DNA of 52,307 nt from an uncultured bacterium (GCA_963822585.1 CAWGIE010000014.1:1-52307), one strand, 5' to 3'. Positions 34,425-46,063 are shown, counted from the first letter of the stretch. The notes: a model not told the origin generated them from the sequence alone. Made by a program: numbers and translations.

Positions 34425-35120
34425 GTGACACTCGATCATCAGATTTTCACGCGCTGGCCGGCGCAGTACCCTGATCGGCTGCAACTCTTTTCCGCGCCAA
34501 CGCCCAATGGGGTGAAGGTCGGCATCATGCTTGAGGAGACTGGCCTAAAGTACGAGCCGCACCGGATCGACATTTTGGCGGACGAAAGCCACGACGCAGC
34601 CTTTCTCGCGCTCAACCCCAACGGCAAGATTCCCGCAATCTACGACCGCAACGGGCCGAGCGGCACGCCGCTGGCGCTGTTCGAATCCGGTGCAATCCTC
34701 CTCTATCTTGCCGATAAGACGGAACAATTTATCTCAGCCGATCCGAACGCCCGTTACGAAACGATCCAGTGGGTGATGTGGCAGATGGGTGGAGTCGGGC
34801 CGATGTTCGGCCAAGTCGGCTTCTTCAACAAATTCGCGGGCAAAGCCTATGAAGACAAGCGCCCGCGCGACCGCTACGCAACCGAATCAGCGCGGCTACT
34901 CGGTGTTCTCGACGAACGGCTCGCGGGCCGCGACTGGATCATGGGCGCTGAGTACAGCATCGCCGATATTTCGCTGCTCGGTTGGGTGCGCAATCTGATC
35001 GGCTTTTACGAAGCGCGTGAACTCGTCGGCTTCGACCGCTTTCTCGATGTGCAGGCGTGGCTCGACCGCGGCCTCGCGCGTCCGGCGGTGCAGCGCGGGC
35101 TACAAGTGACGGCGGCCTGA
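34425..35120 (+). CDS. Glutathione S-transferase, YfcG/Nu-class-like
   Basis: PTPNGVK, NPNGKIPAI, FESGAILLYLA, QMGGVGPMFGQ, YSIADI. Confidence 0.93.
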   Translation: MTLDHQIFTRWPAQYPDRLQLFSAPTPNGVKVGIMLEETGLKYEPHRIDILADESHDAAFLALNPNGKIPAIYDRNGPSGTPLALFESGAILLYLADKTEQFISADPNARYETIQWVMWQMGGVGPMFGQVGFFNKFAGKAYEDKRPRDRYATESARLLGVLDERLAGRDWIMGAEYSIADISLLGWVRNLIGFYEARELVGFDRFLDVQAWLDRGLARPAVQRGLQVTAA

Positions 35121-35569
35121 AAAACGAAGACCAACTATTATACAGACGGAAAAGCCTATGAAGATACATCCTGGCCCCCAGCCGCATCTGGAAACCGAAA
35201 AGCGAATTATATGTTTTGCCGAAGGCTTGCCCTTGATGCCCGCGCCGTAAAACCTGAGACTTTTAGTCATGTTCGATTGGCAGTACTCCCCCGATTTGCC
35301 AGGATCGTCTATGTCGCCTAAGCCGATTTTCTGAAATGCCAACGAACCACATCCTGTCATCCTCCGCTCGCATTATGATCTCAACAAGTTTATCGAGCGC
35401 CTTGTCGAGTACGGCCAGCGACTTGCCTGCATTCTAAAATCAAAGCGAATCCCACCACTTCGCCCGCAGGGAAAGCGGCTATCGTGAATTGGCTGAATTT
35501 ATCTGCGCCACGACGGCTCTCCTCGATGAAAGATTGTGGGCGAGGAATAAGGCTCGCGGAGAATGGCTG

Positions 35570-35992
35570 CTACTTTTCTAGTTGGCCGCGGATTTCGCCA
35601 GTCGGATTTTCCTTTGTATGAAGGTTGACGTAGACCTTTCCGGCCTGAAAATCTGCGATCTCAGTATCGGAGAGCTTAGCCATTCCCAATATTGGACTAT
35701 TTAGTTTCGTGACCATCGAAATCAATATCGCTGCGTTCTCGCTTGCGGCAGCGGGACCGTGGAAATGCCCCATCATTACCTGGCCCGAGAGACCCGTGTA
35801 CTGTACCTTGTAGCTTAGCATCTTAGAATCCGTGTCGATCGTCGCCATTGCGGTTCCTGTGCCCTCGGACTTTGTCGGCGGCACTTCCGCCGCGCCGTTG
35901 AGAGTTGCATGATAGATAATCGTCTCAGCTTCGGCTCGGGCAGACATCAGGCAAGAGGCAAATGCGATCAGAACTAGAGCGATGCGTGCCAT
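35570..35992 (-). CDS. Secreted CHRD-domain protein, copy 1
   Basis: LNGAAEVPP..GTGTA, GHFHGPA, YVNLHT..NPTGEIRGQL; GGAGG RBS before MARIAL. Confidence 0.92.
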   Translation of the reverse strand: MARIALVLIAFASCLMSARAEAETIIYHATLNGAAEVPPTKSEGTGTAMATIDTDSKMLSYKVQYTGLSGQVMMGHFHGPAAASENAAILISMVTKLNSPILGMAKLSDTEIADFQAGKVYVNLHTKENPTGEIRGQLEK

Positions 35993-36599
35993 TGGATTTC
36001 CTCCCAGAAAAATAATTAAGGCCATTTTCAAAATTCCCGAAATCAGAAAGCTTCATTTTCTGCGGGACGCAACCAGCAGCTCATTCTGTCCGGTAGGTCC
36101 TGACGCGGGACACTACGAGGCATAGGGTTCTCCTTTCTCACCCATCGCGAGATGTCTCCATACCGAGCGTCTGCTACGCGAGGCACGTGCTTGACGTCGT
36201 CTCGAGATATCGTATGGATCGTAGATCAGCCGCGCTATTGGAGAATCCTCAATATGTCTCCATGCGTCTCAAGCGATATCTCCAACGCCAACAGGGGCAA
36301 ATGTGGGCGTCGACATGAGCTTTGTGGCGGCTGTCTAATTTTAAAGTCGCTGCGCGTGCGATTAAAGGTAGCCGATTTCACAAGAACAGGCGGCCCCAGC
36401 ATGGCCGAGTCCGCTGCGGAAGACGATGTTTGCGAGTGATGACATTTTGATCAGGGATACGATTAGCCGACTAACCACGGCGCAACTGTGCGCGAAGCGT
36501 GTGGCACTCCTTGCTGTCGCGGCCCCAACGAAGGAGTCCCCGCGCGTACTGGAACATTTTCGATGACTGGCCTCTTGCGGCGCGGACTTAAAGAGTATC

Positions 36600-36624
36600 G
36601 GACCATCGGATACATATCGAGGAT
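36600..36624 (+). promoter_or_regulatory. Repeated 25-bp motif upstream of beta-propeller gene
   Basis: Plus strand reads ggaccatcggatacatatcgaggat; here the downstream gene is on the plus strand. Confidence 0.62.
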
Positions 36625-36785
36625 CCCTGGGCAATGAGCTTGTCATAAGGTGATGTCGGGTACCCGCGAAACCGGACAGCTCAGCGCCCAAAGCTCTCGC
36701 GATAACCGCCTCCATTCATCGGGGGCTGTGGCGGCTTTAGATCGGGGTTAGATAATCGGTTCGCGCACTAACATAGGAGAATCAC

Positions 36786-38066
36786 ATGTCTTGCGCGCGA
36801 TCATCGAATTTCATTCTTCTCGCGCTTACACTGCTGCTCTTCGGGTCATTGAGAGTAGACGCCCTGGCTTCGGACCTCGTAGGGCATGTCTATATGCAGA
36901 CCAACGAAACCCAGAACCGCATCACGCACTTCGGTCGTACGGCGGATGGTCGACTCAAACTACTTGAGAATATCCCTACCGGGGGCGCTGGCTCTGGCGT
37001 CTTTAAGCCGATCAGCGGTCAGGAGAACGCGCCCAACGCGTTCGAGGGCGCCGGCAGCGTGATCCTAGCCGAATCCGACACCCTGCTCTTTACGACGAAC
37101 GGCGGCGACAATAGCGTGACGAGTTTCCGAGTAAGTCCAGACGGAAAGCTGACGGTAATTGATCGGCAAGCGACTGGCGAGCCGGTAACTGGGCGTAGTG
37201 GCACGGCGAAGTCGCTCGCCTACCGCCCCCAAAGTCGTACACTATACGTCCTGCATGCCTTCGGCCCCAACCATCTCCGCTCCTATACGGTTACCCAGGA
37301 CGGCAAACTTAAGCTGCGCCCGCAGCGATATTCCGTAAACACCGCCGCAAAGACCGATCGTGTGTCGACCCAAGCGGTTCTGTCACCCGATGGCCGTTTC
37401 CTGTTGGTCGATATCCTCTTCGACAAACATCCAGCGGCTAATCCGGATGGGTCGCCAAATCTGGTTGTGGCAAACGCTACCGATCAAGACGGACTCGTGA
37501 TATTCCCGGTGCATGAAGACGGCACGCTCGGTGAGGCTTCATTTGCCGATGCCGGGGGCGCAGGGCCATTCTACATCGCGTTTCTCAAGGGGAGACGCGA
37601 TACGTTCTTGAACGGTTTCGCGGTAGGGGACGGCGTCCTAGTGAGCCGCATTGATGGCAAGGGACACGTGACCAACAATTCTCTGGTCGCAATCGACACC
37701 TCGCAAGGAAAGCCGTCCGAACTCTGCTGGCTGCAGATCACCTCTGACAACTCGCGCGTGCTCGCGACCAACTTCGGCTACGGAACGGTCTCGATCTTCC
37801 AGCTTGCGGAAGGACGATTGAGCCTTCTCCAGGACCCCGCTAACAAGGCTATCCCGGGCGACGGTACATTCCGCGCCGTGAACGGCCTCGTCAGCAGCGG
37901 ACCCAGCGACAGCTGGCTGACTCCCGACGACCAATATTTTTACCAGATCTTCGGGAATGCCTCGGCGCTTGTCAGTTATCGGCTCGATAAGACGAGTGGG
38001 AAACTGACGGAGATTGGTCGAAACCCAATTCCCTACGACAGTCCCCAGGGACTTGCGGGATTTTAG
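36786..38066 (+). CDS. Secreted lactonase-like beta-propeller protein
   Basis: Signal peptide, VYMQTNE, PTGGAG, TNGGDNSVTSF, LSPDGRFL, LCWLQIT, C-terminal PQGLAGF. Confidence 0.85.
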   Translation: MSCARSSNFILLALTLLLFGSLRVDALASDLVGHVYMQTNETQNRITHFGRTADGRLKLLENIPTGGAGSGVFKPISGQENAPNAFEGAGSVILAESDTLLFTTNGGDNSVTSFRVSPDGKLTVIDRQATGEPVTGRSGTAKSLAYRPQSRTLYVLHAFGPNHLRSYTVTQDGKLKLRPQRYSVNTAAKTDRVSTQAVLSPDGRFLLVDILFDKHPAANPDGSPNLVVANATDQDGLVIFPVHEDGTLGEASFADAGGAGPFYIAFLKGRRDTFLNGFAVGDGVLVSRIDGKGHVTNNSLVAIDTSQGKPSELCWLQITSDNSRVLATNFGYGTVSIFQLAEGRLSLLQDPANKAIPGDGTFRAVNGLVSSGPSDSWLTPDDQYFYQIFGNASALVSYRLDKTSGKLTEIGRNPIPYDSPQGLAGF

Positions 38067-38477
38067 GAATTCAACGATGGCGCGCGATCGACAGTGAGCT
38101 CCCGCGGTCGCGCTTCGGTCGCCACACTCCACTTTGCAGCGGAAATAAGTCGACCGCGCCGCCCATAGCGCGACTTAGCGCGTGAAAATCAGGAACCGTG
38201 CATGTTTGCATTGTGCGACGCTTCAGAATTGAGTGAGCAGTTCTTAACCGACACGCCTCGACGATTGAAGGTCGAAGGAGGGTAACGGCTTTCGCTGAAT
38301 TAGAAGGCCGCATCAGGGAGCTTCCCCCTACCCTGCTTACGGACCTTCCTACTACGGACCGCCCGTTGCAGCATATCCGCCACCTGTCATCTATTACCCT
38401 ATCCCTCGCTATTACCCAGGCCCGGCGGTGTATGGCACAGACGGCGTCTAAGTCGCCAGACGTCCTTACAGCGCATA

Positions 38478-39241
38478 CAGATCTGCCAAGAACAGCTGAG
38501 AGAATTATCGTTTTTTGAATAGCTGCCGCGGCGTCTGCTGGAACATCAACGGTTTTTACAGTTGCGACAGTCAGCACAAAGAGGATAAAATGTCGACGAT
38601 GCCGAAAAGCGAAAAACAGGATGCGGCCTACTGAAAAGTACCTGAAGAATTGACGGCTCCGGTATCCGGACGAAAAGCCATAATTATAGAAAAACCCCTA
38701 TCCGCGAACCTTGGTTTCTTTCCCGTACTTTCGCTCGATCTTTGATCCCCACACCACGTAAAATCTGCGCGACGTAGCCGCGCGAGAAAATCCATTGCAT
38801 CGCTCGAAACTGGCGCGGGATTGAATGACACAATTGTAAGCATGGCTAGGGCTCCATGAATGCGAGGCGGCCCTTGAATGACTTCGTCGCAGTCATAGGC
38901 AAAAGGTCGAATGCGAAAATTCAGCATGTGCCGTAAAAATCGCACCAAAAAAGAGCATCTTCATCACAAACTCCAAATCTAGTGTCTCGGCGGACAAGAG
39001 ACGCAGGCTAAGCCGAACTGTGAGCTTCCGTCCGTTCTAAATCCTTGAGCGGATTATATCGTGCCTGTCAGATCCGATCATCCCGAACAGGTAGCTGAAT
39101 ATCCAAATTCGAGGACATCAGTGTTATGCGTAGTTGCGCTTCGTCGCAAAGCGGCGGGTAGGCGTACGGGATCTGCTGATCATGGAAATCGCTCAACGAA
39201 ATTACGACATCCGGAAGTCCGTCTTTGGATATCGGAAATCT
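38478..39241 (+). repeat. Direct duplication A, copy 2: truncated peptidase 5' end and disrupted small-protein gene
   Basis: Minus strand keeps LTVATVKTVDVPADAAAA and FAYDCDE, but the body of the small gene is replaced. Confidence 0.88.
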
Positions 39242-39655
39242 AAGATTTTCAAATTTCGCTTGTGTTTAAAAAACTCAATACGGAATATGAAACGTTGTAA
39301 GGCGCGCGGCGCATCATGCCAATCGGCAGTCGCATATTTGGATTGCTACACAAGTGAGGGTCATCCAGTGAGGATGCACAAGCAGAGACGGGATGATGCG
39401 TGGGAAGCGCGAAGGTCGCTATCGCATCTTCACTGATTTGGTGCGCCGGCGGGCAGGTTCCCGCGAGAAGAATTGATGAGGAAAGGAATTGCGAAGCCTA
39501 TAACTGTGGCGGCCGCCGAATAACAGGGTCAAGCGCAATGTAAGATCGAGTGCAACAGAAGAACCTCTCCGGTTTTGAAATAGTCGAATGCCGAGTGGTT
39601 GACAGGATGAAGAAGGGGCTCGGACACCGAGGTAGCCCACATAGCAGGATCAGAC

Positions 39656-40126
39656 ATGGCGAACGCAACCGCGAAAGGTAAAGTTGCCGCTTATTTCGGC
39701 GTGCCGTGGGAAGATGCCTACGGATACGCACAGGCGATTAAGGTCAAAGACGCGATCTACGTGTCCGGCCAGCTCAGTCACGACGACAAGGGCAAACTCG
39801 TTGCGCCCGCGGCTCTGGACGAATTCGGCAAGGCGGCAGAGTTCTCGGCAATGGAGCAGCAGATGCGGACGACTTATGCCAATGCCGTCAAGCTGCTGGC
39901 GCTATTCGGAGCGACACTGGACAACGTCGTGGAGGAGACGCTTTACGTTCTCGATGTGGATACCGCGTTTGCTGCCGCGGGCAAGGTACGCAAGGAGGCT
40001 TATGGAACGGCGCGACCTCAGTGCACCAGCAATCTGATAGGCGTATCAAGACTTGCCTTTCCTGAACAGCTCATCGAAATCGCCTTCAAGGCAGTTCTGT
40101 TTGGGATAGAAGCGAACCCGAACTGA
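39656..40126 (+). CDS. RidA/YjgF family protein
   Basis: GVPWEDAYGYAQAIKV, YVSGQL, EQQMR, RLAFPEQLIEI. Confidence 0.9.
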   Translation: MANATAKGKVAAYFGVPWEDAYGYAQAIKVKDAIYVSGQLSHDDKGKLVAPAALDEFGKAAEFSAMEQQMRTTYANAVKLLALFGATLDNVVEETLYVLDVDTAFAAAGKVRKEAYGTARPQCTSNLIGVSRLAFPEQLIEIAFKAVLFGIEANPN

Positions 40127-40253
40127 CCTTAGCGATACTCGGTTGCTGAGCAGTCGCTCCCTAAGTCCTTCGACGAGGTCGCGGTGTTTGCTAATCGCGC
40201 GATTTTACAACAATATCACGGCCGCTCGGTCATACGAGATGAGGTGGTCTGAT

Positions 40254-41817
40254 TTAATTCAACGATGGTCCCAAGGATTGTAAGGGCCTGGGGCCTCTTG
40301 GTGAAGGTAGGCTATACCTCGCTACCACGCGAACGGCTTGGGGCCGATCTTCTAAGCCCCTCCCGAGCGCGTCTGCTTTCGCTGTGGCCGGCGTCAGGAT
40401 GATCGAAGCCGTAAAGGCGCCGCAGATCGAGGCCGCAGCGGCTACGGAGAGGCCGACTTTGTAGCCAAACGCAAAAGACGCGACACCGGAGGCCAGTGCC
40501 ACGCCGGCAAGCTGCGCAATCCGGCTGACCGCATTGTTGATGCCGGAGGCGAGCCCTTCGTCCGTCTGGTCAACGCTCGACAGGACGGACGCAGTGAGCG
40601 GTGCTACGAGCACGGCGAAGGACAGGCCAAGCAGTGTCATGGGCCCGATCACGCCCAGCATCAGAGAATTCTTCCTGGCCGAGCGCCATCCAGACGTAAG
40701 CAAGCGCCGCACCTGCAGGCCCAGCGATGAGCATAGCCCTCGCCCCAATTTTGTCCGCCAACCGGCCGAACAGATCAGACAAGAGTCCGACGCCGAGCGT
40801 GAAGGGCAGGAATGCTAGCCCGGCATCGGTCGATGACAGGGCGCGGCGGTCGACGAGGTCAAAGGGGAGCAGGAAGAACATGATCGAAACCCCCGCATAG
40901 ACCATAAGGGTCGCGACGTTCAGCCCGAGAAAGGCGCGGTTCTCCATTAGGCGAGGTGGCGTCATCGGATGTTTGCTTCTGCGTTCCCAGAACGCGTAGA
41001 CGGCGAGCCCGACAATGCCAAGCGCGGCGACAATCATGAGCTCCGTGCCCGGCTGGGCTGGAGCGTCAGTAAGGGCCCGAGCTTCACGGGTTCCGATCTG
41101 GCCAAGTGCCCAGGCGAGGGCTCCGATCGCCGAAGCGAGGATAGCGGCGCCAATCACGTCGAATTTGCGCGGGATGCCGCCATCTTTGGGCGCGAAGACC
41201 AGCAGAACTCCCACTGCTACGAGCGCAAGCGGCGGGTTGATCCAGAACACGGATGGCCAGCCAAAGGCCTCGGTCAGCCAGCCACCCAGGACAGGACCTC
41301 CGGCGGTGGTGAGAGCCGACGCGGCGGCCCATGCGCCGATCGCCCGGTTCCGCTCAGCGCGCGGATAGGTGGCCCCGATTAGGGCGAGGCTGGCAGGGGT
41401 GACAATTGCTGCGGCCGCTCCCTGCACGACGCGTGCGGCGATCAGCCAGGCGGGTGAAGGCGCCAGCGCGCAAGCCGCAGACGCCAGACCGAACAGGACG
41501 CAGCCGAGCGCGAGCATGCACGCCTTGCCATAAACATCCGCGAGCGCGCCGCCGATCAATGTCAGCGAGGCGAGCGCCAACACATAGCCGTTGAGAACCC
41601 ATTGAACGGAGGCGAGGTCCGCTCCGAAATCAGCCCGCAACCTCGGCAACGCGACGGGCAGCGCTGTCGCATCGATGAACGCCATCGAGGACGCGAGCAC
41701 GCAGGCGGTTAGCACCATGCAGCGGCTCCGAAACAATGCTTTCCGCCCGAGCTCCCGCAGGCACGGTTCTGCATCGATAACGCTGCGGCCGCAGGGCTCA
41801 ATAAACCAACGCGCCAT
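40254..41817 (-). CDS. MFS drug:H+ antiporter (DHA2-like), frameshift near 40670
   Basis: LASSMAFIDAT, WVLNGYVLALASL..GGALADVYG, ARVVQG, GGPVLGGWL, ASGINNAVSR. Confidence 0.88.
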
Positions 41818-42116
41818 TCATCGACCTCCGCGCTAATCTGCCGTTGCTGCTCAGTTGTCCACTGAAGATTTTGAGGTAGCGGACCATGCCCAGCTCGTCG
41901 TGCGCAAGAAGTCTCCGCTCGTGCGTTCGGCTTGCGTCGAAAGCTATCCGGAGAGTTGCGCGCCGCCCATATAGAATGGTGTTGACCTTGCTGTCGTGAA
42001 TGGCGAGTCGAGGTGGATATCAACGATGCCAGCTCGTTACGTATTAAGTCCAGAAGAGCCCCTGGGTTCCTGAAAGTGTATCTGCTCGTCCGGAAATGCC
42101 GGGAGCGGGTTTCATC

Positions 42117-42573
42117 GCGCTGTTCGAATCCGGTGCAATCCTCCTCTATCTTGCCGATAAGACAGGAACAAATTATCTCAGCCGATACCGAACGCCCGTT
42201 ACGAAACGATCCAGTGGGTGATGTGGCAGATGGGGTGGAGTCGGGCCGATGTTCGGCCAAGTCGGCTTCTTCAACAAATTCGGCGGGCAAAGCCTATGAA
42301 GACAAGCGCCCGCGCGACCGCTACGCAACCAAATCAGCGCGGCTACTCGGTGTTCTCGACGAACGGCTCGCGGGCCGCGACTGGATCATGGGCGCTGAGT
42401 ACAGCATCGCCGATATTTCGCTGCTCGGTTGGGTGCGCAATCTGATCGGCTTTTACGAAGCGCGTGAACTCGTCGGCTTCGACCGCTTTCTCGATGTGCA
42501 GGCGTGGCTCGACCGCGGCCTCGCGCGTCCGGCGGTGCAGCGCGGGCTACAAGTGACGGCGCCTGAAGAATGA
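42117..42573 (+). pseudogene. 5'-truncated near-identical copy of the GST gene (34674-35120)
   Basis: Near-identical DNA; N-terminal third absent; several single-base insertions in 42160-42285. Confidence 0.9.
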
Positions 42574-42610
42574 AGATCAACCTATATGACGAAGGGCAAA
42601 GCCCTTGAAG

Positions 42611-42960
42611 ATGCGAACCATCATCGCCGCCACCTGCGACGTCTTTGTCTTTCTCGATGGCCGGCGCCGTCTCCGCGCATGATGGCGAAGGGGAAACCGT
42701 CCAGAAGACACTTCGAGGCAGCCTTTCCTAATATCCCGGCAAGTCGCCGATCGCCTTGAGGTCGATTGCGCGCCTGGCGCGGCCTCTCCGTCCCACACCC
42801 ACGCGAAGTCGGGATCATCTACGCCTACGTGATCTTGAGCGCGATCGAGTAGAAGATGAATGACGGCGAGACGCATCTATCGAGCAGGCGAGAGCTGGTC
42901 CGAACCGCCGGGCGCGACACATTCGATCAGCGGCAACGCGTGCAAGTCCGTCACCGTCCA
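42611..42960 (+). pseudogene. Degraded cupin paralog of 23293-23709
   Basis: HFEAAFPNIP, PGAASPSHTHAKS, YRAGESWSEPPGATHSIS in broken frames. Confidence 0.78.
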
Positions 42961-43089
42961 GCATTCGGTGTCGTTCGATTGAAGCCGGCTTCGCTCGCGG
43001 CCGCGAGCCGCATCTAGACCCCCAACCGAGATGCGAATTTCATCGTTTTCCATAGCTCGACGGGGATGCTCGCGCCGTAGAAATGGCGG

Positions 43090-43513
43090 CTACTTTGCTA
43101 ATTGGCCGCGGATTTCGCCAGTCGGATTTTCCTTTGTATGAAGGTTGACGTAGACCTTTCCGGCCTGAAAATCTGCGATCTCAGTATCGGAGAGCTTAGC
43201 CATTCCCAATATTGGACTATTTAGTTTCGTGACCATCGGAATCAATATCGCTGCGTTCTCGCTTGCGGCAGCGGGACCGTGGAAATGCCCCATCATTACC
43301 TGGCCCGAGAGACCCGTGTACTGTACCTTGTAGCTTAGCATCTTAAAATCCGTGTGGATCGTCGCCATTGCGGTTCCTGTGCCCTCGGACTTTGTCGGCG
43401 GCACTTCCGCCGCGCCGTTGAGAAGTCGCATGATAGATAATCGTCTCAGCTTCGGCTCGGGCAGACATCAGGCAAGAGGCAAATGCGATCAGAACTAGAG
43501 CGATGCGTGCCAT
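43090..43513 (-). CDS. CHRD-domain protein, copy 2; +1 frameshift near 43424
   Basis: Near-identical to 35570-35992, including upstream DNA to ~43596. Confidence 0.88.
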
Positions 43514-43706
43514 TGGATTTCCTCCCAGAAAAATAATTAAGGCCATTTCAAAATTCCAGAACTCAGAAAGCTTCTTTTTCTGCGGGACGCGACCAGTTGG
43601 CTTTTCTTTCGTCAGTATCGACGGACATGTCCGAGCAAGATACTTAGAAAAGAACCTCTCTACAGAAGGACATATGTTGATCAGCAGGGATCACCAATGG
43701 GGTGAG

Positions 43707-43731
43707 GTCCGAAAGACGTATCAAATCGTCC
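43707..43731 (-). promoter_or_regulatory. Repeated 25-bp motif upstream of CHRD copy 2
   Basis: Minus strand reads ggacgatttgatacgtctttcggac. Confidence 0.58.
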
Positions 43732-43966
43732 GTCTGGCAGCGAACGTCTCTTGAGATTTCACGGCTAGAATCCAAAGTTGGGGCAACATGCGTCGAAGCA
43801 TAGCGCTGCAATGGGCGATCCAATCAATGTTAGCTGCGAGCCGGGGAAGATTGGTTCTATGACTATTGCACGCAAGAATCCTCGCCGGCCAAAACGCGCC
43901 CCACCTTGCGCAGCAAGACTGACGAGCATCAGTTCGCCACCATAACGGATTCCAGGAGAGCGCCCT

Positions 43967-44355
43967 ATGGACAATCTCGAAACTTACTTGCCTTCGCTCG
44001 GACGCTTGTTGATGTCGAGCCTTTTTATTTGGGACGGCATCCGTCAGCTGCTCAGTCCGAACGTCTTCGTGCAGTATTTCGCGAGCGTACACGTGCCACT
44101 TCCCAATGTGGCAATTTGGATCTCGATACCTATCCATCTCTCGGGGGCATGGCTCTGCTGATGGGTTTCAAGACCCGGTGGGCAGCTGCTCTACTCGCCC
44201 TATTATGTGTTGGCACTGCCTTTGGCGTGCATCTGCCAATCGGAGACCAAGACAACATGATCCATTTCTACAAGAATCTGGTGATGACGGGTGGGTTCCT
44301 CTACGTGATAGCTTTCGGCGCTGGTGCCGTCAGCATCGACGGCAAGGCCGGATAG
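43967..44355 (+). CDS. DoxX family membrane protein, frameshift near 44140
   Basis: LGRLLMSSLFIW, LLMGFKTRWAA, HFYKNLVMTGG, GAGAVSID; AGGAG RBS. Confidence 0.85.
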
Positions 44356-45519
44356 GTGTATTCGCGTTCTTTGCCGTCATGTCGTAGATGGGTAATGAGC
44401 GCCTGTTGGGACGCGCGCAGGAACGTCCAACTCCTTCTGTTGCGGACATGATCGGCTCCGCCGGAGACTGCCCCAACGCCCAAGTGGTCGAGGACCGTTC
44501 TTGGACTGAAGGCCGACGGAAGCACTCGGGTCTATTGACGTCCGCTTGATCTCCTGATTCTTTTTTCGCACTGCCATTCCTGGTCGCATGAGACCTACTG
44601 ACGGTGCGATAGACCGACGGGTCCGCGCCATAGATCGATCGAAATGCGCGGGAAAAGCTGCTACGACTCGCATAGCCGACGAGGTTTGCTATCTGATCGA
44701 TATGCAGGGTGTTTGTTGTAAGCAGTCCAGCTGCCTTGCGCATGCGCAGACGTTTCAAGGCCGCAATCGGCGAAATGTCGATTGCATTTGTGAAATGATC
44801 CATAAACGCTGAGCGGCTGAGCCCGGCCGTATTTGATAGCGATTTCACGGAGTGCGCGGCCGTTGGGTCGGCCAGCATGCTAACTAGCGCGCGAGTGATG
44901 TACGGATCGCTCAAGATCGGAAACCGCTCGCTCCAGACTTCTCCGGATTTTATTGAACGGCGGAGAATCGTTAATAGCACTCTTTTCAAAAGGGCTGCAG
45001 TCATGGCGCGCATGCCAATCTCTTGCATGATAAGTTCCGCAAGCGCCATTTTCAAATTTTCATCGAGGCCATTGGTTTCGTCGAAGCGCTCAACGATGGG
45101 CATGGTGAGTGATTTAAATATATCTATCGAGTTGCCATATGTAGCCTGTATATAGCCACACATTACTCTCACAGCAGAGTTGCTGCTTCCGAAACACGGC
45201 GTGGATATATTTTCCAAGTCATCATTAAACTGTCCGGTATTCGCCGCGTTTTTCGCATATTGCAATGGTGGTGCCGAAATGTGACACGGCATCGTCGCCG
45301 GAATTATGACTAAAGTGTGTGGCGTCAAATCAATTGGCGACAAGTTTGCGACACGTAATTGATCGGTTCCGGATAGATTATAGTGAATTGCGGAAATGGC
45401 TTTTTTTTTGGAAACACTAATGCCCGTTCGGGACTAACGACGCACTCCGAGAGCGTCACGATATCAACCTCTAACTCAACCAATAAACGATCGAGATCGG
45501 CGGCAGGTAGAAGTTTCAT
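44330..45519 (-). CDS. RclR-like AraC regulator, copy 3; frameshift around the A run at ~45401-45408
   Basis: ADLDRLLVELEVD..ECVVSP, VMCGY, SRSAFMDHF, VGYASRSSFSRAF. Confidence 0.88.
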
Positions 45520-45821
45520 AGGGGTTCTCCTGGCTGCTTCCTTCTAAGCCTCGCTACTTGCGAGTGGGTTTGGAGGAACCCTATTGAGACGGGCGGCGAT
45601 ACTGAAATGCCGTCTGGCGATCGACTTGATAGACCTACGCCATGCAGGCTCGGCTCAAATCGAATAAATGCAGCTGGTTTGGGCTTCAGCCCCATGCCGT
45701 TTTAGTGCGTCTTGGACATTGATTAATCGAGTATGACTGCTTGTCGTTTGCTGAGCGCATATGCGGATTTCGATGGCGCACCATATCCGATTAGCTGCCT
45801 CTACAAGCCAACTAGGCTGCG

Positions 45822-46063
45822 TGAGCGACCCGGCTAATTCCAATTTCAATGAGAAGAGGGATGGCACGGAAGCTATTTACGACGGAGCAAATCGTCGGGC
45901 TTGTTCGGGAAGCGGAGCCAGAGCGACGATCGATGCCATCTGGCGAGATTTCGCTATCTTGACGCGGGGCTATTATCGCTGCGGGCGGGAACACGGGGGG
46001 TTGAGAGTTTACCGCGTCAAGAATGGAACGCGGAAAGCGAATGGCTTTAAGAACGCGCGCTAA
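45822..46063 (+). mobile_element. IS3-family left end and degraded orfA
   Basis: TGAGCGACCCGGCTAATTCCA then MARKLFTTEQIVGLVREAE (ATG 45861) and YYRCGREHGGL..KNAR, typical of IS3/IS407-group OrfA. Confidence 0.7.
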
